From Podarcis erhardii (taxonomy: Eukaryota), in NCBI GenBank assembly GCA_964252035.1, contig OZ176206.1: 64,000 nucleotides of DNA, one strand, 5' to 3'. This document shows, one piece after another, positions 1 to 10,044 of the stretch (position 1 is the first letter of the stretch; each line of letters starts with the position of its first letter). The position numbers and the translations under genes are program-made. The notes under the pieces were generated by a model, which did no database searches, had not been told where the DNA came from, and saw only the letters and a program-made list of their open reading frames with translations.

Positions 1-220
1 AGCCAGCACCAGTGCAGCACACGGAAACGCCGTTTACCTTCCCACTATAAAGTGGTACCTAGTTATCTACTTGCACTTAGGGGTGCTTTCGAACTGCTAG
101 GTGGGCAGGAGCTGGGACCGAATGATGGGAGCTCACCCCGCCGCGGGGATTCGAACTGCCGACCTTACGATAAGCAAGTCCTAGGCACTGAGGTTTTACC
201 CACAGCGCCACCCGCGTCCC
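1..220 (-). mobile_element. Sauria SINE, 5' part (runs off the window start)
   Basis: Reverse strand begins GGGACGCGGGTGGCGCTGTGGG (pol III A box) and carries a GTTCGAATCC B box. The body matches the copy at 13613-13891. Confidence 0.85.
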
Positions 221-222
221 TA

Positions 223-365
223 ATAGAATCATAGAACTGTATAATTGTAGTTACAGATAGGTAGCCGTGTTGGTCTGCCATAGTCAAGACAAAATATTTT
301 ATTTTGTTTTGTATAATTGTAGAGTTGGAAGGAACCACAGGGGTCATCTAGTCCAACTTCCTGCG
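223..365 (-). mobile_element. CR1 LINE 3' tail remnant, interrupted by a short insertion
   Basis: ATAGAATCATAGAA...GTAGAGTTGGAAGG...GTCATCTAGTCCAAC is the reverse complement of the CR1 3' end seen at 56060-56105. Boundaries approximate. Confidence 0.65.
251..309 (-). mobile_element. Short Penelope-like terminal fragment with 13-bp TSD
   Basis: Flanked by TGTATAATTGTAG at 238-250 and 310-322. The sequence CAGATAGGTAGCCGTGTTGGTCTG resembles 32281-32305. Confidence 0.6.
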
Positions 366-932
366 GTACACAAATCCTTTTGCCCAGTGTGGGTCTCAAA
401 ACCATGATACTGAGATTTAGAGTCTCATGCTCTACCATTTGTGCTGAGAATGTTTGCTGCTTGTTTCAAATGCATGGAGAATTTCACATCTGTATTAATA
501 CAACTAAACAATTTGATGTCACTAGTTTGTATGATACATTTCTGGATTCTGAGTTCTAATTTTGGTTGTTGTATGTTGGCCAAAAATGCTCAAAGGAGGA
601 GGGTACTGCTACAGAGCAGACTTTTAATGCTTTTAAGAGCCATAGTTTTATTTTCCTCTGTGTCATGGTATGAACCAAGGAATGCCTTAATGCTGATGCC
701 TAAATATGCTGCAGTCAGGCTGCTGCACTACAGCAATGTAAACTGGAAAAAGTTCTCTGTAGTGTGATGCTCAAATCCTCGGGGAGGAAAATCATGGCTA
801 AGTGAAAAATTTGGACAATTCTGGTAAAAGATTAGCCTATTGTACTTGTATTGTTACATCTTTCATTGCCCTGGGCTGTCAGTTTTCACTGCTTTTTCTT
901 TTTCAGTTGCTGGCTCCGACTGAGGATTCAGA

Positions 933-1031
933 ATGGGAGACAAGCCTATTTGGGAGCAGATTGGTTCCAGCTTTGTACAGCATTACTACCAGTTATTTGA
1001 TACAGACAGGACTCAGTTAGGAGCAATATAC
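933..1031 (+). CDS. NUTF2: Nuclear transport factor 2, coding exon 1 ([33 protein letters not shown])
   Basis: Recognisable NTF2 N-terminus. Acceptor TTTCAG at 906 (exon starts 907), ATG at 933, donor GTAAGT at 1032. Confidence 0.98.
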
Positions 1032-1355
1032 GTAAGTAGCTATTGGAACACATTTTTCTTGATTATTTTAAACTATTGCTCAATTATTCCAACACGCCCC
1101 CTCCCCGGTTATGTGCTTGTCCATTACAAACTCTTGCACAGAGATACCTGGCAGTTAATCTGAACTCCGGAAATGAGGTTGTAATTATTGCTATATCATT
1201 TGTATGAATTTTTAAAAACAATTTATAGTGCACTTGCAGTATGCAGACTGCTGTACCTTTTGGCTTCCGAACAGCCCTGTGAAGTCGGTTGCAATCTTTT
1301 GTTATCAGGGAAAGAATTAAGGCAAGGGCATGTTTACTTGCCAAATGATACACAT

Positions 1356-1493
1356 CAGGTGTGGGAAACCTTTGGCTCTCCAGATGTGCCTAAACTACAA
1401 CTCCCACCATTCCTGGCCATTGGCCATGCTTGCTGGAGCTGATGGACACTGCAGTTCAGCAACATCTGGTGAGCCAAAGGTTTCCCACTTCTG
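1356..1493. mobile_element. Palindromic hAT-type MITE of an abundant lizard family (GGGAACC...CCAGATG...ACTACAACTCCCA...CATCTGG...GGTTCCCCA)
   Basis: Terminal inverted repeats. Related copies lie at about 15915, 24430, 25903, 36578, 37820, 44345, 46306, 47690, 56640, 60607 and 60835. Confidence 0.65.
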
Positions 1494-2241
1494 ACATACA
1501 CAGTTATAAATAGGCAGTCTTATTTGGTCAGTTACTTGCTTAGATATTCTAGTCAGTTGAAAAGTACCCACCCCATTGATTGGTCAACATGTTCTATGAC
1601 TTTGATTTGATGCACCACTCGGCATTCTAGTGGCCTCATTTTACAGTAGTTACAGTAAAGCAAGTTATAGTAGTCAAGAATGTGAGGTTACCAAAGCATG
1701 GCACCTTCACCCGGTGGTATATCACAGGTGAAACTCCCACTGCTCCTGCAGTATACCACTGGGTGAAGACGCCATCGCGCTTGGCCCTCAAACCGAGGGA
1801 GGAACAGACTGATGGAGCTTGTTTTTCCCTCTGCGTGTCAGGTGCTGCCTAGCATTTATAGGCATGAAGTGCAGGGATCGAGCAGATTTAGTTGGCTGAA
1901 TAGCTTCAGGCGTCTTGTTCAAATTCTTAGCATGCAGCAACTGAAATAAATGCCCCACAATTTGACAAAATGGTCTCCAGACATTCCCTCTGATACTGTA
2001 TAAACATTATTGTTTAATTCAGAATGAATGTGAATGGTTTTACCTTAAAAGTACTCTAAAATGTGTCACTGCAGGCCTCAGAAGGTTCATATATTTCCAA
2101 GGGGGGTAGATTTTGCCAACCCATTCGCCACCCTGAGAAGCTCTGCTGGATGTCTACTAGAGGATGCAATTGTGGCAGTGAAGTAAACATTCTTCATTGC
2201 CATGTGGTAGGCATGATTATGCACTCATCAGCACAAAGTCA

Positions 2242-2602
2242 GAACTGTGGTGCTGGAGGAGACTCTTGAGAGTCCCATGGACTGCAAGAAGATCAAACCT
2301 ATCCATTCTTAAGGAAATCAGCCCTGAGTGCTCACTGGAAGGACAGATCGTGAAGCTGAGGCTCCAATACTTTGGCCACCTCATGAGAAAAGAAGACTCC
2401 CTGGAAAAGACCCTGATGTTGGGAAAGATTGCGGGCACAAGAAGAAGGGGACGACGGAGGACAAGATGGTTAGACAGCGTTCTCGAAGCTACAAACATGA
2501 GTCTGACCAAACTGCGGGAGGCAGTGGAAGATAGGAGTGCCTGGCGTGCTCTGGTCCATGGGGTCACGAAGAGTCGGACACGACTAAACGACTAAACAAC
2601 AA
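2242..2602 (+). mobile_element. RTE-BovB LINE, 5'-truncated 3' end
   Basis: Open RT C-terminus (ELWCWRRLLRVPWTARRSN...HGVTKSRTRLND*), CAA tail, 12-bp TSD AGCACAAAGTCA at 2230-2241 and 2603-2614. Confidence 0.92.
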
Positions 2603-3892
2603 AGCACAAAGTCACACTTGCTAGGAGACTTAAACCATTTGTGCTCTGCCTGTTTTCGCTACCTCCTGCTTCACCCACAACTCCCCAGAAAACCAGGGTC
2701 TAACCATGCTCTGCAGTGCTGGAGAGGCCCTTGGGAGTGACTGTGTCGACCACTCCTTCCATATCACTGTTCCAAAGAGAAACCAGAGTTCTAATAAATG
2801 TTGACATTTCCACTCTAGATGTTCAGTTGCCTTTCTAAATAAACTAGGATCTCCTAGGCAGATCAGTAATACAGGATGAATTGTTAATATGAAACAAAGA
2901 AATGAAGCCTTAGTAATGCTTAGACTAAAGTGATCAGCAGCACAGTGCTGATTTAACTTTTACACATGCAGTTTTTGTCTTTTCTCCGAGTTGCTGTCAG
3001 CAAACTAGGGGAGGGTTCAAAATACACTTCAATACATTGTATATAGCTTAGAGGCTGTACCTGACCTTTAGGTTGGCATTGCCTGAGTGTTTCAAGAGAA
3101 CTAAGTGCATTTAGGGACTGCCTGAATGCATCAGAATGCAAGAGTGATGCGCATGCACATAGGACTCTAAACTTCGTTGGCAGGAAAGCATGTTTTACCT
3201 CAAGCATTCATACTTTGCTATTACTAGATGCTGTCCATACTCTAGCACTATTCATGGGATAAATTGAAATGGATTTTCTGATTTTTTAAGGTTTGAGTAC
3301 CTAAAAGCAAAAAAAGCCAGGGAACAAAGTGGGAAATTCTTCCTTTGTCTGACAATTATTTTTCTGGAGGGAATTAAAAATGGCATTTTGACCATATTGA
3401 AACATGGATGATTGCTAAGCATATTGGACTACTTATGTGAGAATGAAATGCTACTTATAACTTCTTTGCCCAGGCCACATCACTTCTACTTATAGCAGGT
3501 GATCTGGTTTTATATTGGCGGGTCATTTTCACTTCCAAAGGTTCTGGTGAAAAATGGCAGGTGGTAGAGATTGCGGATCCAATTGGAAAATGCTCCTGGA
3601 TGAAATGATGAATTGCAGCTGCTCTGAACAATTGGCAGTCCTTTTTTATGTGGGTGTTGAATGACAGTTTGCATCATTCTGTATTGTTAAAACTTTATGG
3701 GAATGAAGGGCCTCAACAGCTGCCTTTTTTGTTTGTTTTTTGTTCTTAATAGTGTATACTTCACAAGGGAAAGCCATGAAAGCTATTGGAATGACAATTT
3801 TAAAAATGGTGATTGACTGACTTTGGTCATTCCTAGTTCCATATAGCGTATAAGTTACCAAAGAGTGTTAGATTTATAAGATTTGTTGTATA

Positions 3893-4104
3893 CAGTGGTG
3901 CCCCGCAAGACGAATGCCTCGCAAGACGAAAAACTCACTAGATGAAAGAGTTTTCCGTCTTTTGAGGTGCTTCGCAAGACTTTTTCTAAGCCGCTAATAG
4001 CGCTAATCCACTAAGCCGCTAATAGCCGTGCTTCGCAAGACGAAAAAACCGCAAGATGAAGAGACTCGCAGAACGGATTAATTTCGTCTTGCGAGGCACC
4101 ACTG
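3893..4104. mobile_element. Tc1/mariner-type MITE
   Basis: TIRs CAGTGGTGCCCCGCAAGACGAA / TTCGTCTTGCGAGGCACCACTG, flanked by TA duplications. Confidence 0.85.
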
Positions 4105-5018
4105 TAAACTGAAGTAGATGGGAGCTAGAAAGCTGAGGGTCCAAGAACAGGGAGAGGTTAGACTATAGATCTTTGACCAAGAGGTAGTTGGCTGGAAGAG
4201 TGGAGCAAAGATGGGAGACCACAGCCTTCCTCCACCCCACCCATTGGCTTCCTAGCAAAATTGCAAAAGCCCATTTTCTAAATGGCAAGCTTTAAGTGTG
4301 TCACTGTCTAGTGGTAAGCATGATGGGCAACCAAGCTTCCACTCAACTTAGAAGCTGGAGATGTGGGTGAAGATTCTTCAGCACAAATGCATACCCTGCT
4401 AGTTTTTCCTGTTCCAAGTCGAGACAGAGAGCATTGGATTAAGCAGTTTGAAGGCACTGAGGCAGTAGAGTCCAATGGCCTGCACTCCCCCCCCCCACCA
4501 AAAAAAAAATTGCCTTCCCCAAATTAAATACCCTGGCGGTAAGGTCTTGACAGGTGGGGAGGCCTGGCAATTTCACTTTTTGGCATGTTCAGCAAGGCCA
4601 AATTGTAGACCTCCTAGATGGACAGCTCTTAAGCAATAAGTAGCTTCTAGAAGGCAAAATGTGGCCTGTGGGTCTATAGTTGCTGCGTAGAACACATACA
4701 TACCCTATACTTACGAAATATAGCCTTATTGTATGGGCCAAAAGTAAGGCGTCTGTGATTGGGGTGGAGGATGTTGCCTGCTGTGGTGCACTACTAGGAC
4801 TCAAAATTTGCTGGATATCTTTGGCATGGAGCCAACCTCTGATTCAGCTGAGCCTGTGCTTAGCCCTTCTGAAAAAGGTGCAAACTTACTGCTCTCTGTT
4901 TCTGTGTGTAGCTGAGAGAGTTTAATAACTATTGCTGTTTTCTTTATGCAAAATGAAATCTTACTTTTCCAAGCAGATTTTTACCGTCTCCCTCTCCCTC
5001 TTCTTTTAATAATTTTAG

Positions 5019-5090
5019 ATAGATGCCTCATGCCTTACATGGGAAGGACAACAATTTCAGGGCAAAGCAGCTATTGTTGAAAAACTCTCA
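5019..5090 (+). CDS. NUTF2: NTF2 coding exon 2 ([24 protein letters not shown])
   Basis: TTTTAG acceptor, GTAAGT donor, 72 nt, phase 0. Confidence 0.98.
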
Positions 5091-6245
5091 GTAAGTTCCT
5101 GTCCTCTTCATCACCTGACATTTCTGTTCAGCTCAGAATTATTTTTGAAATATTTGCGTTTTGGTGCAGGCCAAGTTCTGGTGTTACTTCTTTTGTATTA
5201 TTTATAGAAAGCAGGTTCAGGCTGCACCCTTTTGCATTTCTAATCTGCCTGTCTGAAATTGTACTGATTCCAGTTCCAGAAATGTAAAGCACAGTTAACT
5301 TAGAAAGTAAGTCCCATTGGACTCAGTGATAGTGAGGATGAAAAAAACACCCTTAGATTTATATAGTGTACTTGAATGTTCAAAGTGCTTCACATGCATT
5401 ATTTTGTTCTAGTGCTAACTCAGTAAAGTGGTTCAGTTTTATTATCTCTAGACTGCAGATGAAGTCTGAGGAGGTGTGTCTAGCCTAAGGCTATCTCTTG
5501 AGTTCCAAGCAGATGAAGGCCCAGGGCATCCTGATTGGTGGCTCAGTCTGTTAGCCACCTAGCTACACAAAACCTTATTTGCATGTGTTCCAGACAGCAC
5601 AGTTGCATCCTCTTTCATCGTGGTTGCAGTCTATATAAAGCAGGGGTGGTGAACCTGTAGCCCTCCAGATGCTTGTAAAGATGGTTTTAAGTTTTTAAGT
5701 ATACAACAACAATAAGTGATTATACAGTGTCTTTTATTTTGCACTCATGTCTGTATTGTATACTGAGAGCAGATACAGCCTTGCAACAGTTTCAGGGATT
5801 ATAACATGCTAATTATCTCAGGATAAAGCTTCTCCTAAGTGAGAGGCAATGGTAGTCTCTGGCAACCATCTACATGTTGCTGAATGCCTGTTGGCCTCAG
5901 TCAGCATGATAATGAACAACCAGACTTATGGTCTATAACATCTGGAGGCTACAGGTTCTCTTTCCTTGTTTTGTGTGTACACTGTCCAGAATGAGAACAG
6001 CAATGGAGCTCAAAAGAAAACCCTTTGGAGTAGGTGAGTTTCTCCTTAACAGGGCTGAATTCAGAGGTCCACATTTTTTGCCTAACCTTAATAGACCAAA
6101 AAATATGACTGCACTTTCCTATGTTTTTGATTTCACATGACACTCTATACAAGATCTGGAATAATTCCTTGCTCCCCTCCTCAGCTCCAAGTTTAGAGCT
6201 GGAAATAAGGTGGGAGGGTGGCTTGTTGGCTGTGCAGCTTAAGTG

Positions 6246-6269
6246 CAGCAGCAGCAGCAGCAGCAGCAG
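6246..6269 (+). repeat. (CAG)8 microsatellite, NUTF2 intron
   Basis: Read directly. Confidence 0.95.
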
Positions 6270-6624
6270 CTTAAACACACATCAGCTTCCCTTGGAGCAG
6301 GGGAGGAAGGAGGTGGGAATCACCATGAAACAGCTAGTACAATTACTGCCTCGCAGCTGCACGGTTGGGAGGAATTGCTTACAAGAAAGCAGCAACATGC
6401 TTACCATGATGACCAAAAATGTGGGAGCCTGGCTAGGCCTTTCACATGCTGTTTTAAACAAAAAACTGGTCAACGATTGAATGAATACATTTCAGGGTGC
6501 TTGCATTTTCAGAATTAATTCAACACCTAAGAACCTGGCTTGGTGCCACAGATTGCTTCACAGATGAGCTTAACCATAAAAATTTTAAGCAAAACTTTAC
6601 ATTTTTTTCTCTTTCTGTTTGCAG

Positions 6625-6723
6625 AGCCTTCCCTTTCAGAAAATACAGCACAGTATCACAGCGCAAGACCATCAGCCCACGCCTGACAGCTGTATACTCA
6701 GTATGGTAGTTGGGCAGCTTAAG
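6625..6723 (+). CDS. NUTF2: NTF2 coding exon 3 ([33 protein letters not shown])
   Basis: TTTGCAG acceptor, GTAAGT donor, 99 nt, phase 0. Confidence 0.98.
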
Positions 6724-7102
6724 GTAAGTGCTTTTTTCAACTTTTGGTCCTGTGAAAGGAATAGTTGGAGTCCAATTTCAGAACTGGTTCAGGGTGTAGC
6801 CACTGCAAGTGAGTTTTGGGCTCACATGTCCTCTGCCTCCCTCACCCCCACTCTTTGGTTTGCTCAAACCAAGGAGAGAGAGAATTAGAGCACAAAGAGG
6901 AGAGGGGGAGTAGGTGTGTTTGAGCCCAAAGCCTGTTCATGACTGCCAAACCACAGTTTGATAATTACATATGAAACAGGTCTAATCCATTAGGGCAGGT
7001 TGTTCTAGCACTGCAAGTGAACAGGCCTACTTTTGCTTGGGTCATGGAAGCTGAATGACCAGGGCTGTTTCTCAGAGGGGTCCCCGTCCCTCCCCTCTAA
7101 TA

Positions 7103-7344
7103 CAGTGGTACCTTGGTTCTCAAACTTAATCCGTTCCAGGAGTCCGTTTGACTCCTGAAACCGTTTGAGAACCAAGGCACGACGTCTGATTGGCTGCAGA
7201 AGCTTCCCGCACTCAAGCGGAAGCTGCGTTGGACATTCAGCTTCTGAAAAACGTTCGCAAACTGGAACACTTACTTCTGGGTTTGCAGCGTTTGGGAGCC
7301 GATTTGTTAGGCAACTAAGCCGTTAAAGAACCAAGCTACCACTG
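7103..7344. mobile_element. Tc1/mariner-type MITE
   Basis: TIRs CAGTGGTACCTTGGTTCT / AGAACCAAGCTACCACTG, TA duplications. Confidence 0.85.
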
Positions 7345-8460
7345 TATGTTGTATTGTCTTTGAAAACGTTAAATACTCCTATGTCTTGTTTTGACTGATG
7401 TGGGTGTAAAGGCCTTCATGCTACCAGTTGGAGGGGAGGAACCAAAGGAGTCACCAAGTTTGTTACAACTGATGGAAAGAAGAGCCGGGGCCTTAACCAA
7501 CACACAGCATTGTTCCCTCTCTGACAGAGGAGCTTAAACAAAAATCTCTAGGTGGAGCCGTGGTTAAAGAAGCTTGTTATCTTGTGCTGTCTTGGAAACT
7601 GAAATACCCCTGTGAGCAGGCAGGCTTGTGAGGCTATTCTCTGAAAACTTAGACTTTCAATTGGACAACTTTAAAGAAAACTGTTTGGCTACACTGAACT
7701 TGGAATGTTGGTCACAAGGACTTTGGTAAGCACTGCGTCACACATCAAAGGTGTTGTCCCTTGACACGGCCCATCGGAAGGAGGCACAAAGAACTTTTCC
7801 GTCTTTGGGCCTGAGTTAGGTGCATATGGACACACTTTGCCCCACATGTAACCCAGCTTCAAAATACTTTTACTTCATAATACCTGCTAGGAATGTAAAA
7901 ACAACAAAAGAATCTTGTAGCAGCTCAAAGGCTAATATATTGTGGCAAAAGCTTTCATGGGCTGTAGCTTATGACAGCTCACACCACTATTCTTCAGCTG
8001 GTGGGTTAGGGCCCACTACTGGATCATAGTCCTGTCCAAGGTGGGTTGCCACAGCATTACTACTGCATGCAGTTATATGGAAAAAGATTGAGAAATGGGT
8101 CCCCAAATACATGCTTGTAGTTAAAGGTGGGTCCTGAGTCCTGTAAGATTGAAGACTACTGTCTTATGCCATAATAAATTAGTTTGTCTCTTAAGATGCT
8201 GCTACAAGACTTTGCTGCAACAGCCCTTTGGAACTACCCCTTTGGAAATTGCTACAAGTTTAACTTTACTGCAAGAGTTGAAGAGAAGCCTGCAAAAGTG
8301 GCATGAAAAAACAAGGGGGTGCACATTACTCTCCATGGGTCCATCTGTACTGGTATCACCTTTAGCAGCTTTGTGCTTGGAGGGAAGTCCTCTTTGTGCC
8401 TTCAGTCTAAACACACAAAGAGGTTTACATGGAGAAACAATTTAGCTCCACCTCCTAGAT

Positions 8461-8617
8461 CAGGCATGTCCAAAGTCCGTTTCAGGGGCCTAATCTGGCC
8501 CGCTGGTTGGTTTAATTCGGCCCCAGTTTATTTCCTGGGGTAAAATCCTAAAAAAAACCTCACGGCCCTTCACTTCATCAAATCTGGCCCTCTTTGAAAA
8601 AAGTTTGGACACCACTG
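8461..8617. mobile_element. hAT-type MITE
   Basis: TIRs CAGGCATGTCCAAA / TTTGGACACCACTG. 8-bp TSD TCCTAGAT / TCCTAGGT (7/8 match). Confidence 0.75.
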
Positions 8618-9933
8618 TCCTAGGTGCTGATACACAGTCAGCACCAGTCTGAAACAAGTTTAACGCATGTAGAGTTTGTGTTCTTGTAGAGAGAGTCCTA
8701 TGAAAATGGAATTAGTGAGCTTCAGAAAGATTATTACCCACACTGGATCCACTTCAAACTGATGTTTGTGCGATGTCTGAGAAGTATGGCTGACATGAGT
8801 GTCAGCATCTAGGCTAGCCCACCCAAGAACGAGAGCCTGTTTACAGGTTTTCAAGCCAACATGTGAAGCAGTAATCTAAAAGAATGCACATCTTCTTGTT
8901 ATATACAGAGGCTATGTAGAAGGATTAATGTATGGATGGGGTGATTTTTTATCAATAGAAGATAAAGCTTATATACTTTTTTCTGAATGCTGTTTCAGAA
9001 GCGATGCAAAGAGAAAGGGCTTCACTTCTATGTCTTGCCAGAAATGAATCATGTGCATCTTCCCGGGCACTTTTAGGCAGAATGGGAAAGTGCAGATCAG
9101 TGGTGCTTCTTATATCTTCTGCATGTTGCCCTGTCCAAAAGAGTAGTCAGTGTGATATCACTAGTATTCATTATCAGTGCATACTTGTTGCATCACTTGG
9201 CAGATGAAGGCATTTAGGAAGATAGATAATGGAAAGAAGAAAGTTAATCTCTATCTAAACATAAAGATTACTTAGTGTAGCTTTATAGACAAACACCTGT
9301 TTTCTAATAAGTTTTATGCTAACCTTTCAGAGTTTACTTGGCATCTTCATACTAGTAATAAAATTGAAAGGGCCCAAACTCCATGGTAAAGCAAGTATTT
9401 TGTATGCAGAAGGTTCTAGGTTCAGCCAATGACACCTGCTACTCAAATGCTTGCATGTAGAAGGGATGGGAAAGACCTCAGAGGTGCTGCAAATTGGAAT
9501 TGACAGTGCAAGGTTGGGTGGAAAAATAGTTTGACTGTATAAGGCAGCTTCATCTGTTCAAAGCTTCACAGATAAGCACCTTTAGTTTACAGGCTTTTAG
9601 TTCATGGTTTGCATTTGGCTTATTGTAAGCTATTGGAAGATTTATTGTTGCGAATGAAATTATATGAATCACCCATTACAAAAACCTCCAGGAAAAAAGT
9701 TAATGTAGTCCCTTTAATGTGGACTGAAATTATTTTACTAATTTTTAAGCTTGTCCTTGTCCTTATTGTACTGCTCCAGAGTAATTGGCAGCAGTAGAGG
9801 TACCTGCTGCATGCCTGGAACATTCTTTCTAAGTGCAGTAAATACACTCATAATGGAATCCTGCAAGGAGACTGGCATTCTGTATCTACAGAGCCTATCA
9901 CTTTAGTAATGATTTCTCTCCTGTTCTGCTCAG

Positions 9934-10044
9934 GCAGATGATGACCAAATTCTAGGTTTTCATCAGACCTTTTTGTTGAAAAGCTTACAAGGTGCGTGGG
10001 TGTGCACCAATGAAGTCTTCAGGCTAGCACTCCACAATGTTTAA
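9934..10044 (+). CDS. NUTF2: NTF2 alternative terminal coding exon 4a ([36 protein letters not shown])
   Basis: Pyrimidine-rich acceptor TTTCTCTCCTGTTCTGCTCAG, phase 0, open to TAA. 25/36 aa identical to exon 4b. Usage is inferred, not shown. Confidence 0.8.
   Translation, partial: ADDDQILGFHQTFLLKSLQGAWVCTNEVFRLALHNV

Noticed and set aside
6243-6518. Poly-Q ORF, and the antisense poly-Q/poly-S ORFs at 54755-55349
   Set aside because: These are translations of CAG/CTG microsatellites and stop-poor CpG-island DNA, with no splice or homology support.
9934-10044. Processed pseudogene or TE-carried fragment as the explanation for the NUTF2-like segment
   Set aside because: Similarity starts exactly at the exon boundary behind a proper acceptor, includes no upstream exon sequence, has no poly(A) tail or TSD, and keeps an open frame with many synonymous changes.
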